Below are positions 28,033 to 41,295 of a stretch of DNA of 64,000 nt, one piece after another. Position 1 is the first letter of the stretch. Each line of letters starts with the position of its first letter. Below the pieces are notes generated by a model, which worked only from the letters and a program-made list of their open reading frames with translations, was not told where the DNA came from and did no database searches. Location of the stretch: NCBI GenBank assembly GCA_951406725.2, contig OX597819.1, positions 120,156,001-120,220,000 on the forward strand. Direction: 5' to 3'. This stretch comes from Octopus vulgaris. Its lineage: Eukaryota. Both the position numbers and the translations under genes were made by a program.

Positions 28033-28308
28033 TCATGGGACATACCAAATATGTCTAACGGCTGGAAATAACAGTCAAAAGTGTCATTTAAATCGCCAAA
28101 ATACACTGATAATAACTAGAGATATCAACGGTTGATTGTCCTTTGATTAATTATAATTCTTCAGCTATTTAATGCTTTTGGTGGGGCTTGCAATCTCCTA
28201 TATTATTGATTCAGTTATTTTTATTTTCTAATTGTTACACTAAATAATACCAGAGTCAATCGTATCTTCGCAACTTATTTTTTCTCGTGAATTGTTTGCT
28301 CCGTATTG

Positions 28309-28391
<83 letters not shown>

Positions 28392-28429
28392 ACATATATA
28401 CTGACAGTATAAAAATAGCAATACTTGAC

Positions 28430-29138
28430 ACTTTCCTCTCTTTTGTCAAATCTTTCCATTCTGTCCTCCACTTCTGCCCTATTTCTCGACATTTCAGTCA
28501 GTAGTCATCACTCCACTCTCACCACCTCCATCCACTAAAAACACACAGACCCCCACTCATACATCAACTTCTCCTCCCCCACCTTAAACACACCAAGCTT
28601 TCCATCCCCTATTCCCTATTCCTCTGTCTATGCAGGCTCTGCAATGACGAGCATGAGTTTGAGACTCGGCCTCAACTCATGGCTCGCCACTTCATCCTAC
28701 GGGCATATCCCCTCACCAATATCCACACCGCCCTTGACAGAGCACATTCCGTGGACCTTGTTCTCTCCACTCACCCCCACCCCACCTGGTCCCCGCCGTC
28801 ACCCATCTCCCGTTTCCCCTCACCTACCACACCACCACCCTACCTCTCCAACCATTCTCCGATTTTTCCGGCACTCCAATCCGACCCTCCACTCCGAACA
28901 TCTCTAACTGACCCCTCCCCTCCTTCAAGCGGGCTCACAACCTACGAAACTTCTTGGTCCACAGCTTCTTCCCTAACCCAACCTCCCAACTCGGCTCGTT
29001 TCTCTGCTCCTGCCCACGCCGCTGCACTTGCCCTTACCTCTCCAACACCACCCTCCTCACTGGCACCCATCGTCGACCCTATCATATGACTAACTCCTTC
29101 ACCTTCACTTCTGGCAACGTCACCTACTGTATCTCTTG

Positions 29139-29169
<31 letters not shown>

Positions 29170-30075
29170 CCTCTCTCTCTCCTCTATACATCGGTCAAAC
29201 GGAACGCCGCTTGGCTGACTAGTTCACGGAACATCTCCGAGACATCCGACTCGGCAACAACACCCGGTCTCGTGCCATTTCCGCTCTACAGGTCATTCTT
29301 TACAACATCTGTCTGTGTTCGGATTGTTCTTGCACAGGGGTCATCCGGACTACCGTCTTCACCATGATGGGGGATTAATCTTCTCTCTTCGCTCCTTTGC
29401 GCTACATGGGCTCAACTCTCCTCCTCTCTCTTCTCTTGTCCTGACACCTAATTCCTCCCACCCACGTCTCCTCGCTTGCTCTGACACCTACTTCCCCGCT
29501 TCACTCCTACTCTACTTCTCTTTTCCACCCTCTCCCTTCATCGTCCCCCCTCCCTCGTTATCGCACCCCTACACATTTCAACCCACCATCCCTATACATC
29601 CCATCCAACCCAACCCCATCCCTTATACCCACCATTCCTTCCCCGCTCACGCTTCCCCCCACACTAGCACTGACCACTTCCCAGCATCCACACCATCATC
29701 CACACACCTACACATGCCCACACGCACATGTCAACGTGACCATCCCCCTTCCACACGCACATACACACTCTCACATACACATGCAAGCGCACCTTCATTT
29801 TGGGATCACCACTACTTTATTGTCTCCCTCTTCTTCCTAGCTCTCTTGTGTAACTCCTCTGACCGACATTCGCCATGATAGATTGCTCGCCACTAAACCT
29901 TTTTTAAATTTCCTCTCTCCTTTTATTTCTGTGTTCCTTTTTGTTGATGAGCGTAGGCTCGAAATATAAAAGACTTTCTTACTTCCCGAGCGTTAAACTA
30001 ACACATCTGTTTGTTGTTTACACATCCGTCTTCATTTTTTGTTTGTTTGTTTTTTTTTCGTAAATTCTCTCTATA
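28430..30075 (+). mobile_element. Decayed Penelope-like element 3' half with terminal hammerhead-like relic (~29937-29972)
   Basis: FLDISVS, KHTDPHSYI, SIPYSLFLCLCRLC, NVTYCISC and LYIGQTERRLAD.FTEHLRDI; then gagc-gtag-gctc-GAAA near the 3' end. Confidence 0.88.
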
Positions 30076-30167
30076 TCGATACATAAGTTGAAAGGTATAA
30101 TGAATAAACGCTCTAATTGGTCAACACAACTTTATAACACCCCCATATTATTATAAATCAAATATAA

Positions 30168-30237
<70 letters not shown>

Positions 30238-30985
30238 TAAAACATCAGGGCATGCAAACGTAAAACCCGATAGTATATAATATACACATATATATGATTA
30301 AAAGGGAATAAAACCTCAAAGGGTAATATGAGTGAAGTCGAATGAAGAAAAATATATGGATTAAATTAATGTACAATAAAAGCGACTAAAAATTTAAGGC
30401 AGTGAAACCAAAATAATATTAATATAAATATGAAGGGCAAAGTGATAACCAGAAAAGAATCTGTTCAAATGCATTTCTACGATTATTTGAAAGGATCTTG
30501 CCTCACTTTGTCAATGTAAATCCATTAAGGAAATCAAACGGTAATGATATTTTCATCAGGAGAAAACTTACGAAGGTGTCACATTACTGTTTGTTAAAAT
30601 GTTCCAAAACGTTGCATGGAAATAAAATACATAGCGTTCAATGAGAAAAGTAATTAGACAGAATTTAGTGGATTCAAGTGAGGATTAGTCCATTGTCCAT
30701 TTCAATAATTAACTTAAGAGAAAGAATCTGCTACAGGTTCCACTTAACTTCAATTCTAGATCAAGGCTGAGGCGGTCCTCTGAAATATCTCTTTTTAATT
30801 TTACCCTTATTTTTATTTTTGTATTTACTCAAGAAGGTTTAGAAAAACAAGAGGGTTTACAAAAGGGGAGCACATCACAAAATTCATTGAGTTTTGGCTC
30901 ATAACATTTAAGAATTCAGTACGATTTTCTCAAGAATAACCTACACTTGCTTAAAGTGGGTGGGGCTTATATATATATATATGTA

Positions 30986-31275
30986 GTGGAGGCACATGAC
31001 CTAGTGGTTAGAGAAGCGAACTCGCGGTCGAGGGATCGCGGGTTCGAATCTCAGACCGGGCGATGTGTGTGTTTATGAGCGAAAACACCTAAGCTGCACG
31101 CGGCTCCGGCAGAAGGCAATGGCGAACTTCTGCTGACTCTTTCGCCACAACTTTCTCTCACTCTTTCCTTCTGCATCTTGCAGCTCACCTGCGACGTACC
31201 GGCGTCCCGTCCAGGTGGGGAACCTATACGCCAAGAAACCGGCCCTTATGTGCCAGGCATGGCTCGAGAAGGAAC
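30986..31275 (+). mobile_element. SINE type C inserted in (TA)n
   Basis: GTGGAGGCACATGACCTAGTGGTTAG head, GGTTCGAATC B-box, body shared with 7374-7734 and 49590-49901. Confidence 0.9.
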
Positions 31276-31818
31276 AGTATATATATATATATATATATAA
31301 CTTGCAAAACTTTATTACCTTTTTCACAACACAGTAAGTCTTACCCATTTCTTTTCTCTTAGAAGTAAGGGAGTTGAATGTTTACCTTCTTCCCGCTTCA
31401 CCTCACCAATAGTAACTAACCAATTATTACAGTTTCCTTGAATAACTGATCCGCGCCCAACTTATTCTTAAGCATATTCTGTTCTGCCAAGCTAAGATAC
31501 CATCATCTATTTTTCTTTTTTTTTTATCTAATTCATTATCACGTTTAATAACAAATATGCTTGGTGTGTCTTTCTAGTGTTCTATCTATTACTTAAGAAT
31601 ACTCTCTTAACTTCTGTATGATTTTATCTCCTTACCCTCGGGAGTCTCTGTCACATATTAATTCCTCGCTTCTCTGTTTCTTCTGTGTTTATTGATTTTT
31701 TTCATTTATTTTTTTTTTTTCTATTTTCCATTCTTTTATTGAAATTTCACATTATATATCACTATCTACATCGAAAATGCAAAGTCTTTCTCAAACACGA
31801 TCACACTATCTTCTGCAG

Positions 31819-32102
<284 letters not shown>

Positions 32103-32768
32103 GACCCTTTCGCTCGTTTTCTCTGTTTCTTTTTCATTCTTCTCTCTCTCTCATATTTTCTTTACCGTTCTCCTTACAAACATACATAGATTCTATTGCA
32201 CCAAATCTTGGAAATCGCTATATTTTATTTTCTGCATTGTTTTCCCTCTCCTTGTCTGTTTCTGTGAGTCAACCTACTGTACAGCATCCATCTGGCACCG
32301 CACATTCTCAAACTGTTTATTCTATCTATTTCACTATATCTTCCTTTCTCTTTCTCTCTCTCGCCCTCTTTTTCTTTCCCTTCATTCGCTATATCTCATT
32401 CCCTTCGCTTTTACGTCTATCATCCAATTCCTCTCTGCCTCTGTTTCCGTCTATTGCCCTCTTCCATTTACCCAGTTTTTTTTTTTCTATTTATCATCTG
32501 TCTGTAAAACTTTTATTATATTTACTATGCTATATGTAAATATGTGAACAATGAGAGAAAGCAATACCTCAACAAATAAATCGACCGTCTGCCATTAAAT
32601 ATATCGTTCTATAGTATGTAACCGTGGCCATATATTAGTTCATGTATTGGGATGTTAAGGCAGAATGTCATGGAGATGACAGTGATGGGGATGGTAACTA
32701 TTCCTTCTCGCTCTTACTCTCTCTCTCTCTCTCTCACTCTTTCTTTCGTTCTCTTTCTCACTATCTTA

Positions 32769-32810
<42 letters not shown>

Positions 32811-32813
32811 CTA

Positions 32814-32870
<57 letters not shown>

Positions 32871-33448
32871 TTATAGGCAATAATAAATCTCTGACCAATG
32901 TGTATGTATGTATTTATATACACAAACATGTATATATATATATATATATATCCATATTCATGTCCGCAGTAGCCATGCGACTGAAACAAGTTAAGGAATA
33001 AAAGAATACATATATAGAAACACATGTACACAAAAAACATTTCTTTTCTATTTTTTTACGCGCGCGTTTCAGTTATTTGATTGTGGTGATGCTGGGACAC
33101 CATACTTTAGTCGAAGAAATCGACCCCAGGACAATTGTAGACAATGAAATAACTGGGTAACGTAAATAATATTTCTTAATACGACGGGCAGAAAGCAAAT
33201 ATGAACATTTTACAGAAAATAAGGAATTGTATGGGATAAAGTGAAATTTGTCAGTGAACCAAACAGCCAGTATCGAAGGAACGAGAAGAAAGTCGTTAAC
33301 AACAGAACACCTCAAAACCGTTGCAAAGGTAAATGAGAAATTTTGGGGGAAATTTACTAAGGGCACGGATTGTGAAATTTTTGAAGTTACTTCTGTCAGT
33401 AAATTATGAACTTACTTTTATCAGTAATTCTGTCAACAACAAAAAAAC

Positions 33449-33975
33449 ACGAAATGTTGCAAAAGTATATAAAAAAATTTGTCGGTAAATATATATATAT
33501 ATATTTCCTTACAAATTTATATATATATATATATGACAACCGATGCTGGTGTGTGTTAACCTAGCTGTTCGGCAAAAAAAAAAACCCATAGAATAAGTAA
33601 TACACTTACAAAGAATAAGTCAAGGGCTCGATTTGTTCGCCTAAAGGTGGTGCTCCAGCATGGCTGCAGTCAAATGACTGAAACAAGTAAAAGAATAAAA
33701 GAATATATACATATATACGAAATGTTGCAAAAGTATATAAAAAAATGTGTAGGTAAATATATATTTATATATATTTCCCTACAAATTTATTTATATATAT
33801 ATATATATGACAACCGATGCTGGTGTGTGTTAACCTAGCTGTTCGACAAAAAAGACCCATAGAATAAGTAATACACTCACAAAGAATAAGTCAAGGGCTC
33901 GATTTGTTCGCCTAAAGGTGGTGCCCCAGCATGGCCGCAGTCAAATGACTGAAACAAGTAAAAGAATATATACAT
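33449..33975 (+). repeat. Local tandem duplication (~268-bp unit) containing a SINE type A 3' end
   Basis: acgaaatgttgcaaaagtatataaaaaa..gactgaaacaagtaaaagaata occurs at 33449 and 33717. Confidence 0.9.
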
Positions 33976-34146
33976 ATATATGTACATACATACATATATA
34001 TTTCCCTAACTTCAGCCAACGAATATCGTCAACGTACAAGACAGCTATTATGCTCCCCAACAAACACAAAAAAACACCACGTGGACTCTGTTGAGACTAT
34101 TAAGAAACAATTATGATATGTTTTATTACACTTACATTTTTAAAAT

Positions 34147-34194
34147 ATTTTTGATAAGGTTCGTTTTTTCAAGAAGAACCGAAACTTGTAAAAT
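34147..34194 (+). ncRNA. Type I hammerhead-like motif, U3-A8 variant
   Basis: attt-TTGATAA-ggttc..gaacc-GAAA-cttg-TA-aaat. Confidence 0.6.
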
Positions 34195-34309
34195 TTATAA
34201 GAATATTAAAATCTATCTTATATAGTGGCGTTTTCAAACTTCTTTTTTATAAATATATAACCACTCGTATACCAACTACACTTATTATATATATATATAT
34301 ATATATATA

Positions 34310-35310
34310 CTAGCATTATGACCCGACAACGCCGGGTCATACTGCCAGTGCATGTATATATGTGTATATATATATGTGTACATATTACATGTACTTCTAT
34401 ATATATATATACATCTACACATAAAATACAAAACACAAAGTTATATCTTGAAATCGCTAGTGATAACAATACTAAAAATATAATACAGACAGACTGAAAT
34501 TGTAGGCCTGTCTCTTGCAATTTCGATCAATTGCATCTTGTCCTCCCTCTTGTACAGAAGAGTGGCTATAATCCAGCCTACCTCTACTTCTGGGGGGATA
34601 TTTTTAATTTTTATCCGGGACGTCCTACGTCCCAGATATAAAGGTAAAAATAAAATATTTCCACTTTGCAAGGTTCGAGTCGAGTACTCCCTTGCACGTT
34701 CCGTTGACTTGAACTTTGCTTCTATTGTGGCGAATTTACCGCCTCTGGTTAGATACTTGATATCTTTCATAGTCGCACCAAGATACTTTTCAATGATGCT
34801 TTCCTCCAGGTGTTCAAATTTTTTTTTCTCTACATTGTATACTTTATAGACAATAGTCTTTTCTTTAATTTTATTTTTTATTTCGTTTGGTGGTGTTATC
34901 CTAGATTAAAGTGAAAGTATCTGACATAAAATAGAGAAATGTTTTTGTTTCACTTTTAACACGTTACACTGAAATAGTGGAGAAGATATGATATTGCTAT
35001 GGGTTCGCCCTAGGCAAGAAGTTGAAAATTTTTTTTTCCCATGAAACTACATGGACCCTAAGTAAGGCATGTGTAAAATTTGAATGAAATTGGTTGTGTA
35101 GTTCTCAGGTTTTAGGGAATCATAGTGAAGAAGATATGATATTGCTGTGGGTTCGCCCTAGGCAAAAAGTTAAAAACGTTTTTGCCGATGCCACTCCCCG
35201 GACCCTAAGTAAGGTATGTGTAAAATTTGAATGAAATTAGTCGTGTAGTTCTCAAGTTTTAGGGAAACACACAGACAGACAGACACATATTCTCAGTTTT
35301 ATATATATAT
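34310..35310 (-). mobile_element. Probable non-autonomous Helitron (or two adjacent Helitron fragments)
   Basis: RC 5' end TATATATAAAACTGAGAAT..GTCTGTCTG; ~150-bp internal tandem repeat (34976-35268); RC 3' end hairpin plus CTAG|T at 34310. Confidence 0.55.
34441..34900 (-). pseudogene. Frameshifted coding fragment, possibly LINE ORF1-like
   Basis: Complex, non-repetitive peptide KEKTIVYKVYN..LTRGGKFATIEAKF..YLGRRTSRIKIKNIPPEV resembles the RRM-like region of L1/Tx1 ORF1; inference. Confidence 0.45.
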
Positions 35311-35484
35311 AATATTGGAAATATATAAATATATGCATATATACATACATATATGTACATACCGAGATATATATGTATATATACATGCATATATCGGTAC
35401 AGGAAATCAAAAAAGGAAGAGGACAGAATGAGAAACGAGACATTCAACATAAAGAACACTCCCTTCATCAGTTGTCACCTATAC

Positions 35485-35558
<74 letters not shown>

Positions 35559-35564
<6 letters not shown>

Positions 35565-35756
35565 TATATAGAAGGAGCTTCTACAGGACTAGAACTGTTT
35601 CATTCAAGAGAAATCTTCAGGAAGCTTCCTGAAGATTTCTCTTGAATGAAACAGTTCTAGTCCTGTAGAAGCTCCTTCTATATAATAAATTAATTTTACT
35701 CTGCTATGTATTGAGTACCTTATTTACTGTGGTTAACCCCGAATCAACCCGGGACC

Positions 35757-35760
<4 letters not shown>
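35559..35760. mobile_element. (TA)n-flanked insert starting with a perfect 132-bp palindrome (35559-35690)
   Basis: Exact reverse-complement symmetry about GAAG|CTTC (35624/35625). Confidence 0.85.
35623..35673 (+). ncRNA. Type I hammerhead ribozyme motif (mirror copy on - strand at 35576-35626)
   Basis: agcttc-CTGAAGA-t-ttc-tctt-gaa-t-GAAA-cag-ttctagtc-ctg-TA-gaagct; 6-bp helix I, 4-bp helix III, GUA site; helix II is weak. Confidence 0.72.
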
Positions 35761-35798
<38 letters not shown>

Positions 35799-35799
<1 letters not shown>

Positions 35800-36427
35800 A
35801 GGGTGCGGTGAATACATCGTCGTCTAAATTACGCCAAAATGAAAATATATATATCTTAGAATACTAAATAGTAAATTTATTCAATAAAGTCGCCATTGGC
35901 TTCAGCCATGCCCTCCAGACGAAAACAGAATCTCCTGCAACTTTTCTGGATGTTCTCCTTGTTTAATTGGTGTTACAAATTTTGTTGGTCCCTTGCTTAA
36001 TTGCGCCCTACACAATAATCAAGGGAGTTGTAGTGTGGCGATTTAAACGACCAGATTTTAGGTGAATTGGGTCTGAGGCCGTGTGGGAAGACGAATAAAA
36101 GCACAACACCCCCATCACTAATCATCAAGCTAAACGTCATGATGTTGACTGTATGTTTGATTTTTATCACTCTCGGTACGTATCTTCATATTGACACCCA
36201 AACGCTCTGAAATATTCGTACTGGAGGTTCCGGTGCGAATGCCAAGCAGTACAGCATGTCGTTTCTAAATTTTTGGGACAGTGAATTGCGTCATGTTGCT
36301 GTTTATCTCACATACGGTGCCCAACTGAACCTACTATACTGTGTAGGCGACAAAATCAGAAACAAACAATGCACATGCGCCAAATTGAAAATACAAAATG
36401 GCGACAATTTACTCCTCGCACCCTTTG
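35799..36427 (-). mobile_element. Internally deleted Tc1/mariner-superfamily element
   Basis: Imperfect TIRs CAGGGTGCG..; RC peptides WSFKSPHYNSLDYCV (WPPNSPDxNPLDY) and CRRFCFRLEGMAEANGDFIE-stop. Confidence 0.8.
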
Positions 36428-36536
<109 letters not shown>

Positions 36537-36559
36537 ATATATATGTGTGTTTGTGTGTG

Positions 36560-36810
36560 TACGCCAAAGCTCTATCTGCGACGATTTCATCTCAATCGAA
36601 GGAGAAGGGCTTTCTTCGTCCGGGTTGCGGATCCGTGGAATAAGCTGCCGGACGAGATGGTGAGGATGCCGACGACCGCTCGGTTCAAAGTCTCCCTTGA
36701 CCACAAGTGGCCTGAACTCTTTACATGAACACCACCCTGTACATAACTCCATGTCCCCCTACATGGCCTTGCTTTTTGCTTTTTGAGCCAAAAAATTAAG
36801 TAACTAACAT
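36560..36810 (+). mobile_element. CR1 LINE 3' end (5'-truncated)
   Basis: [41 protein letters not shown]-stop, followed by a short 3' UTR. Confidence 0.85.
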
Positions 36811-37159
36811 ATATACATATATAGTTAGATTGATTGATTGATTGATTGATTGAACCTGAAGTTTCGTTTTGACTTAGCGACTCCATTTTCACATCATTAC
36901 GATCACCATACGTAAACCTCAAATTTTTTCACTCTAGATGTAGATGGACAAGCAATAATATTTTTTTACATGAGACGTCACATAAAGATATTACATAATG
37001 TAAAAAATACCTTTCACAACCGTTTCTTATAGTGAATTCTTGTTCTGCTGAATCACTCTACCTCGATTAAAAATTTGGAATGGAGAATATGACCAGGTTG
37101 TACAATATTTAGTTACTTGTTTGGTCTATTCATTAGCATCTGCTCGCTCCGTATGTATA

Positions 37160-37165
37160 AGTGTG

Positions 37166-37212
<47 letters not shown>

Positions 37213-37264
37213 GTGTGTGTGTGTGTTATTGCACGCGCGTTTGTGTAAATAGATAGATAGATAC

Positions 37265-37327
<63 letters not shown>

Positions 37328-37585
37328 AAGATGGATGGATGGATGGATGAATGAATAGAGAGAGAGAGAGTTGGGTGGATGGACGGATAGACAGATAGAT
37401 AGATAGAGACAGAGAGAGAGATGGATGCATGGATGCATGCATAGATAGATAGAGAGAGAGAGAGATGGATGGATGGATGGATAGGGCGAGAGAGAGGGAG
37501 AGAGATGGATAGATGGATAGATGGATAGATAGATACATACATACATACATACATACATACATACATACATACATACATACATACA
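37160..37585. repeat. Compound (TG)n/(GATA)n/(GACA)n/(GGAT)n/(CATA)n microsatellite
   Basis: Direct inspection. Confidence 0.95.
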
Positions 37586-38529
37586 TAGAGGTGTATTCAT
37601 GTTCGAGTGCAATATTTATTGCATAATTCAGCAAATAAATTTATCTGCACTGTATATCCTACAACAGAGTACAGATACAGTATAGAGGACAGATATCAGA
37701 GTTTAGTATTTTCTTTTCCTTGCTTCTAAAGAGTAGTTCTGCTGGTGGTTAAGCTTCTTATTGAAGGGAAATTATGCAAGACAATGCAAGAATTCTTTTT
37801 CACTTTTTTTTCTCAAAGATTCCTTTTTTTTTTATATTTTCCTTTTCACTTTGTTTTGTTGTTTTTTTTTACTGTATGTCTATCTCTGTGGTAAGTCAGT
37901 AGTGGAATTACATAGATTTTTCAAGTTTACAATGGATATTATATTCAACATGAATGAAGACGGAGCTAAAATGACTTGATAAGCTTTATACTAAACGTAA
38001 TCCGCCGGGAACAAATATCGTTTTCCATGGCAGTTCTTGAAGATTTATTCTCCGTCCGATTGACAATCGTAAATCTACCATTGAATGGAAACTTCGATCC
38101 ATTACCAAGATATATCGAATTCTTACAGTCTAATCCGTTGGAATGGGATAATTTCTCTTGTTATTTATTTTTTCTTATCATAGGCATACGTTTTTCTTCC
38201 ATTTATATTTTTTACCTATATCAACTCATAATATACGCTACAAAGATAATATAAGCTTAATTACAGCTGGATTTTTTTTTCTTCTGGTTTTCTTTTAACA
38301 AACATCAGCAGCAAAAAACAACTGCGGTAGTAGCAGCAGTAGTAGCTATAGCAATAACAATAACATTAGTTTTATAATCATTATTACCATCGGTATTTTG
38401 ATTGAAAAGTAAGCGCAACAGAAGCAGCAGATGGAGCCACATGGTGAGAAGAATATATGTTGATTTCCTTCACTGGTACAAAGCTTCACATTTCTGCTAC
38501 GTGTTTTGTTATATATTGGTTCTAAAACG

Positions 38530-38733
38530 ATGAGCTGGCAGAAACGTTAGCACGCCGGGCGAAATGCTTAGCGGTATTTCCTCTGACGCTATGTTCTAAG
38601 TTCAAATTCTGTGTTCGACTTCGCTTTTCATCATTTCGAAGTCTATAAATTTAGTACCAATTAAATACTGGGGTCGATGTCATCGACTCATCCCCTACCT
38701 CAAAATGGCTGGTCTTGTGGCAATATTTGAATC

Positions 38734-38806
<73 letters not shown>

Positions 38807-39216
38807 GTCGACACCCTATATTCTGAGTTTAAATTCTGCTGATGTCGACTGTGTCTTTCATCAATTCGGGGTCGATAAAAGAAGTGCCTTACATCCTTTT
38901 GGGGTCGCTTAAATATGTACCAGTTACGCACTGGAATCGATGGAATCGACTTAATTCCTATGTCTGTCCTTGTTTGTCCCCTCTATGTTTAGCCCCTTGT
39001 GGGCAATAAAGAAATAAGAAACGTTAGCAAGATGGACAACATGTTTAACAGCATTTAATCCGTCTTTAAATTGAGTTCAAATTCCGTGAAGGTAGTCTTT
39101 ACCTTTTATCTTTGAGGGTCGATAAAATAAGTAAATGAGTCTCGGTTGAACACTTGGGTTGATGTAATCGACCAATGCCCTCCGCCAAAATTTAAGCATT
39201 GAGCTTATAATAGAAA
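38530..39216 (+). mobile_element. Cluster of SINE type B units with an (ATT)n tract
   Basis: gagctggcagaaacgttagcacgccgggcg head and repeated body cores. Confidence 0.85.
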
Positions 39217-39457
39217 GGTTTGGTATTGATGGTGTTGGGCATCGTCGTCATGTTCTTGTCGTCGTTGGTGCTGTTTATTCCCAACTGAACTTTCATTAAA
39301 TACATTTATTACGAAAAACCCTCCGGCTAGGACCGCTTATATTCAAGCATAACATATTTCAGACTACATTATCCAATCGAATTTTTCTTCATATTCTATT
39401 TTTCTTTTTATAAAAGACTGTACAATGTAATTAGAGAGAAGTTTGAATGCTATTCTA

Positions 39458-40023
39458 TTGGGTTGTTCGGAAAGTTCATGCCGATTTATAGTAGCTTACT
39501 TTTCGATTTATTTTAGAACATGGTTGAGTCCATAAAATAGGATTTGACTGCACCGCCATTTAGAGCACAGTTTAAGCTATCTTTTCGTGGAAGAATGTTT
39601 ATGTTCCTATAACCTGTATTAATTATGTAACCCTTTAAAATGGAAGATAAGAAAGTTCATTTTCCGCTCTTGATGCTTTGGAAACTAGACAAAAATTTCT
39701 GAAGCTCGGCTAGGATGTGTCACCCCACCCTCCATATTCACCAGCTGTTGCTCCTTCGGATTTCCACATATTCAGGTCTCTGCAGAATAGTCTTAATGGT
39801 AAAAATTTAAATTTCTTGGATGACGTAAAAAGATACCTTGATGAATTCTTTGCCATGAGACCACCTCAATTCTGGGAAAAGGGTATTTTCAAGTTTAAAG
39901 AAAGATGGAGATGCATTGTGCAACGAAATGGTTCATATTTGGTTGATTAAGAATATAATGGCAAGTATTTATTGACCATTTTCTTTCCTTTAAAAATCGG
40001 CACGAACTTTCCCGACAACCCAA
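39458..40023 (+). mobile_element. Internally deleted mariner element
   Basis: TIRs TTGGGTTGT(T/C)..GAAAGTTC(A/G)TGCCGATTT, TA flanks; MEDKKVHF N-terminus fused to PHPPYSPAVAPSDFHIFRSLQNSL C-terminus. Confidence 0.95.
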
Positions 40024-40249
40024 TAGAATACAGAACAAATGTATTCTCTTATTGCAACATACGCATATCATTGGTCATTAACGTGGCTGAAGAAACAAAG
40101 TCAAACCGTGTATTACGTCATCCGAAAAGCCCTTCGCGAATTCGGCAGTTTTGTCTTGAAACATGTCATATAAGAATTGTAATTTTTGCACAGCTGATAT
40201 GTTGGTATCTCCTGCAGCACGGTAATGTCCTGTTTACATCTCACACCAA

Positions 40250-40430
40250 AAATTCGTAAACGTTTTACTCTTGTTAGCCCTAATCAAGGTGAAACATGGA
40301 TAACCAAAAGTTGAATATCCATTACGTAATGCTTTTCTTGTTTAAAATTTGTGGTGTGAAAACACTGCAGAGACGTATAAAATCATTTATGAATTATATA
40401 GCTACCGAAGCATTAAGGATGGTGAAATCT
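40250..40430 (+). mobile_element. Degenerate mariner transposase N-terminal fragment
   Basis: MDNQKLNIHYVMLFLFK resembles the mariner N-terminal HTH start. Confidence 0.5.
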
Positions 40431-40661
40431 CTGTTATTTTATTTCTCTTGTAGTCTACTCTTCGAAAATATATTATCCAACATATTGAATGAACCACTCT
40501 AGAATAATTTTGCTCCAATGTTTTAACTGTAATACTAATGAATGAAAAACCTGTTTTTCTACGTCTGTCTTTATACACTTTCAGTAAGGTATCTCTCCAA
40601 CTGGAATGAACATGTATCCTTTTCTTACACCTTATACATATGTCTCTGCAGAAAACCCAAC

Positions 40662-40872
40662 AATTTTTGAAAAATTTTTGGGTAAAATTTTCGGTGCTAA
40701 TTTTCGAAAAAGGTTTGTTGAAAATTTTTGGGTAAAATTTTCGGTGATAATTTTCGAAAAATTTTTGTTGAAAATTTTCTGTGAAAATTTTCTAAAAATT
40801 CTTGAGGAAAATTTTCGAAAAGTTTTTTGGTAAAATTTTTCGGTGATAATTTTCGAAAATTTTCGGTGCTAA
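40662..40872 (-). repeat. Orphan mini-array of the AAAATTTT satellite
   Basis: Same words (ggtgataattttcg, gttgaaaatttt, cttgaggaaaatttt) as the arrays beyond 51696. Confidence 0.92.
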
Positions 40873-41161
40873 ATATATATATATATATATACATATATAT
40901 TTACATACATATATATGTACATATATATATATGTGTGTGTATATATATATACACACACTCACACGTACACACACATATATATATATATATAGCTATATAT
41001 ACATATATCTATATCTATATATATACATATATATATATACATGCACACACGCACGCATATATGACAAATTAAACGTGCGGCTTATTAGTAATTATAACCT
41101 AAAAGCATAATTAATGGAGCTCGTATATTAATGTGAACTCTGTTAATTTTCCCTATATATG

Positions 41162-41197
<36 letters not shown>

Positions 41198-41295
41198 GTT
41201 AATCCAAACAAGAAAACACAAAAAAACACAACAACGCGAGGACGTGGAACAAATATAGTATTATTGAACGCTCAGAAAAGAAGGGAAGAAGGAGG

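Noticed and set aside
28644-29878. Pro/Ser/His-rich ORFs of 87-187 aa
   Set aside because: Off-frame readings of the C-rich Penelope remnant and its 3' region.
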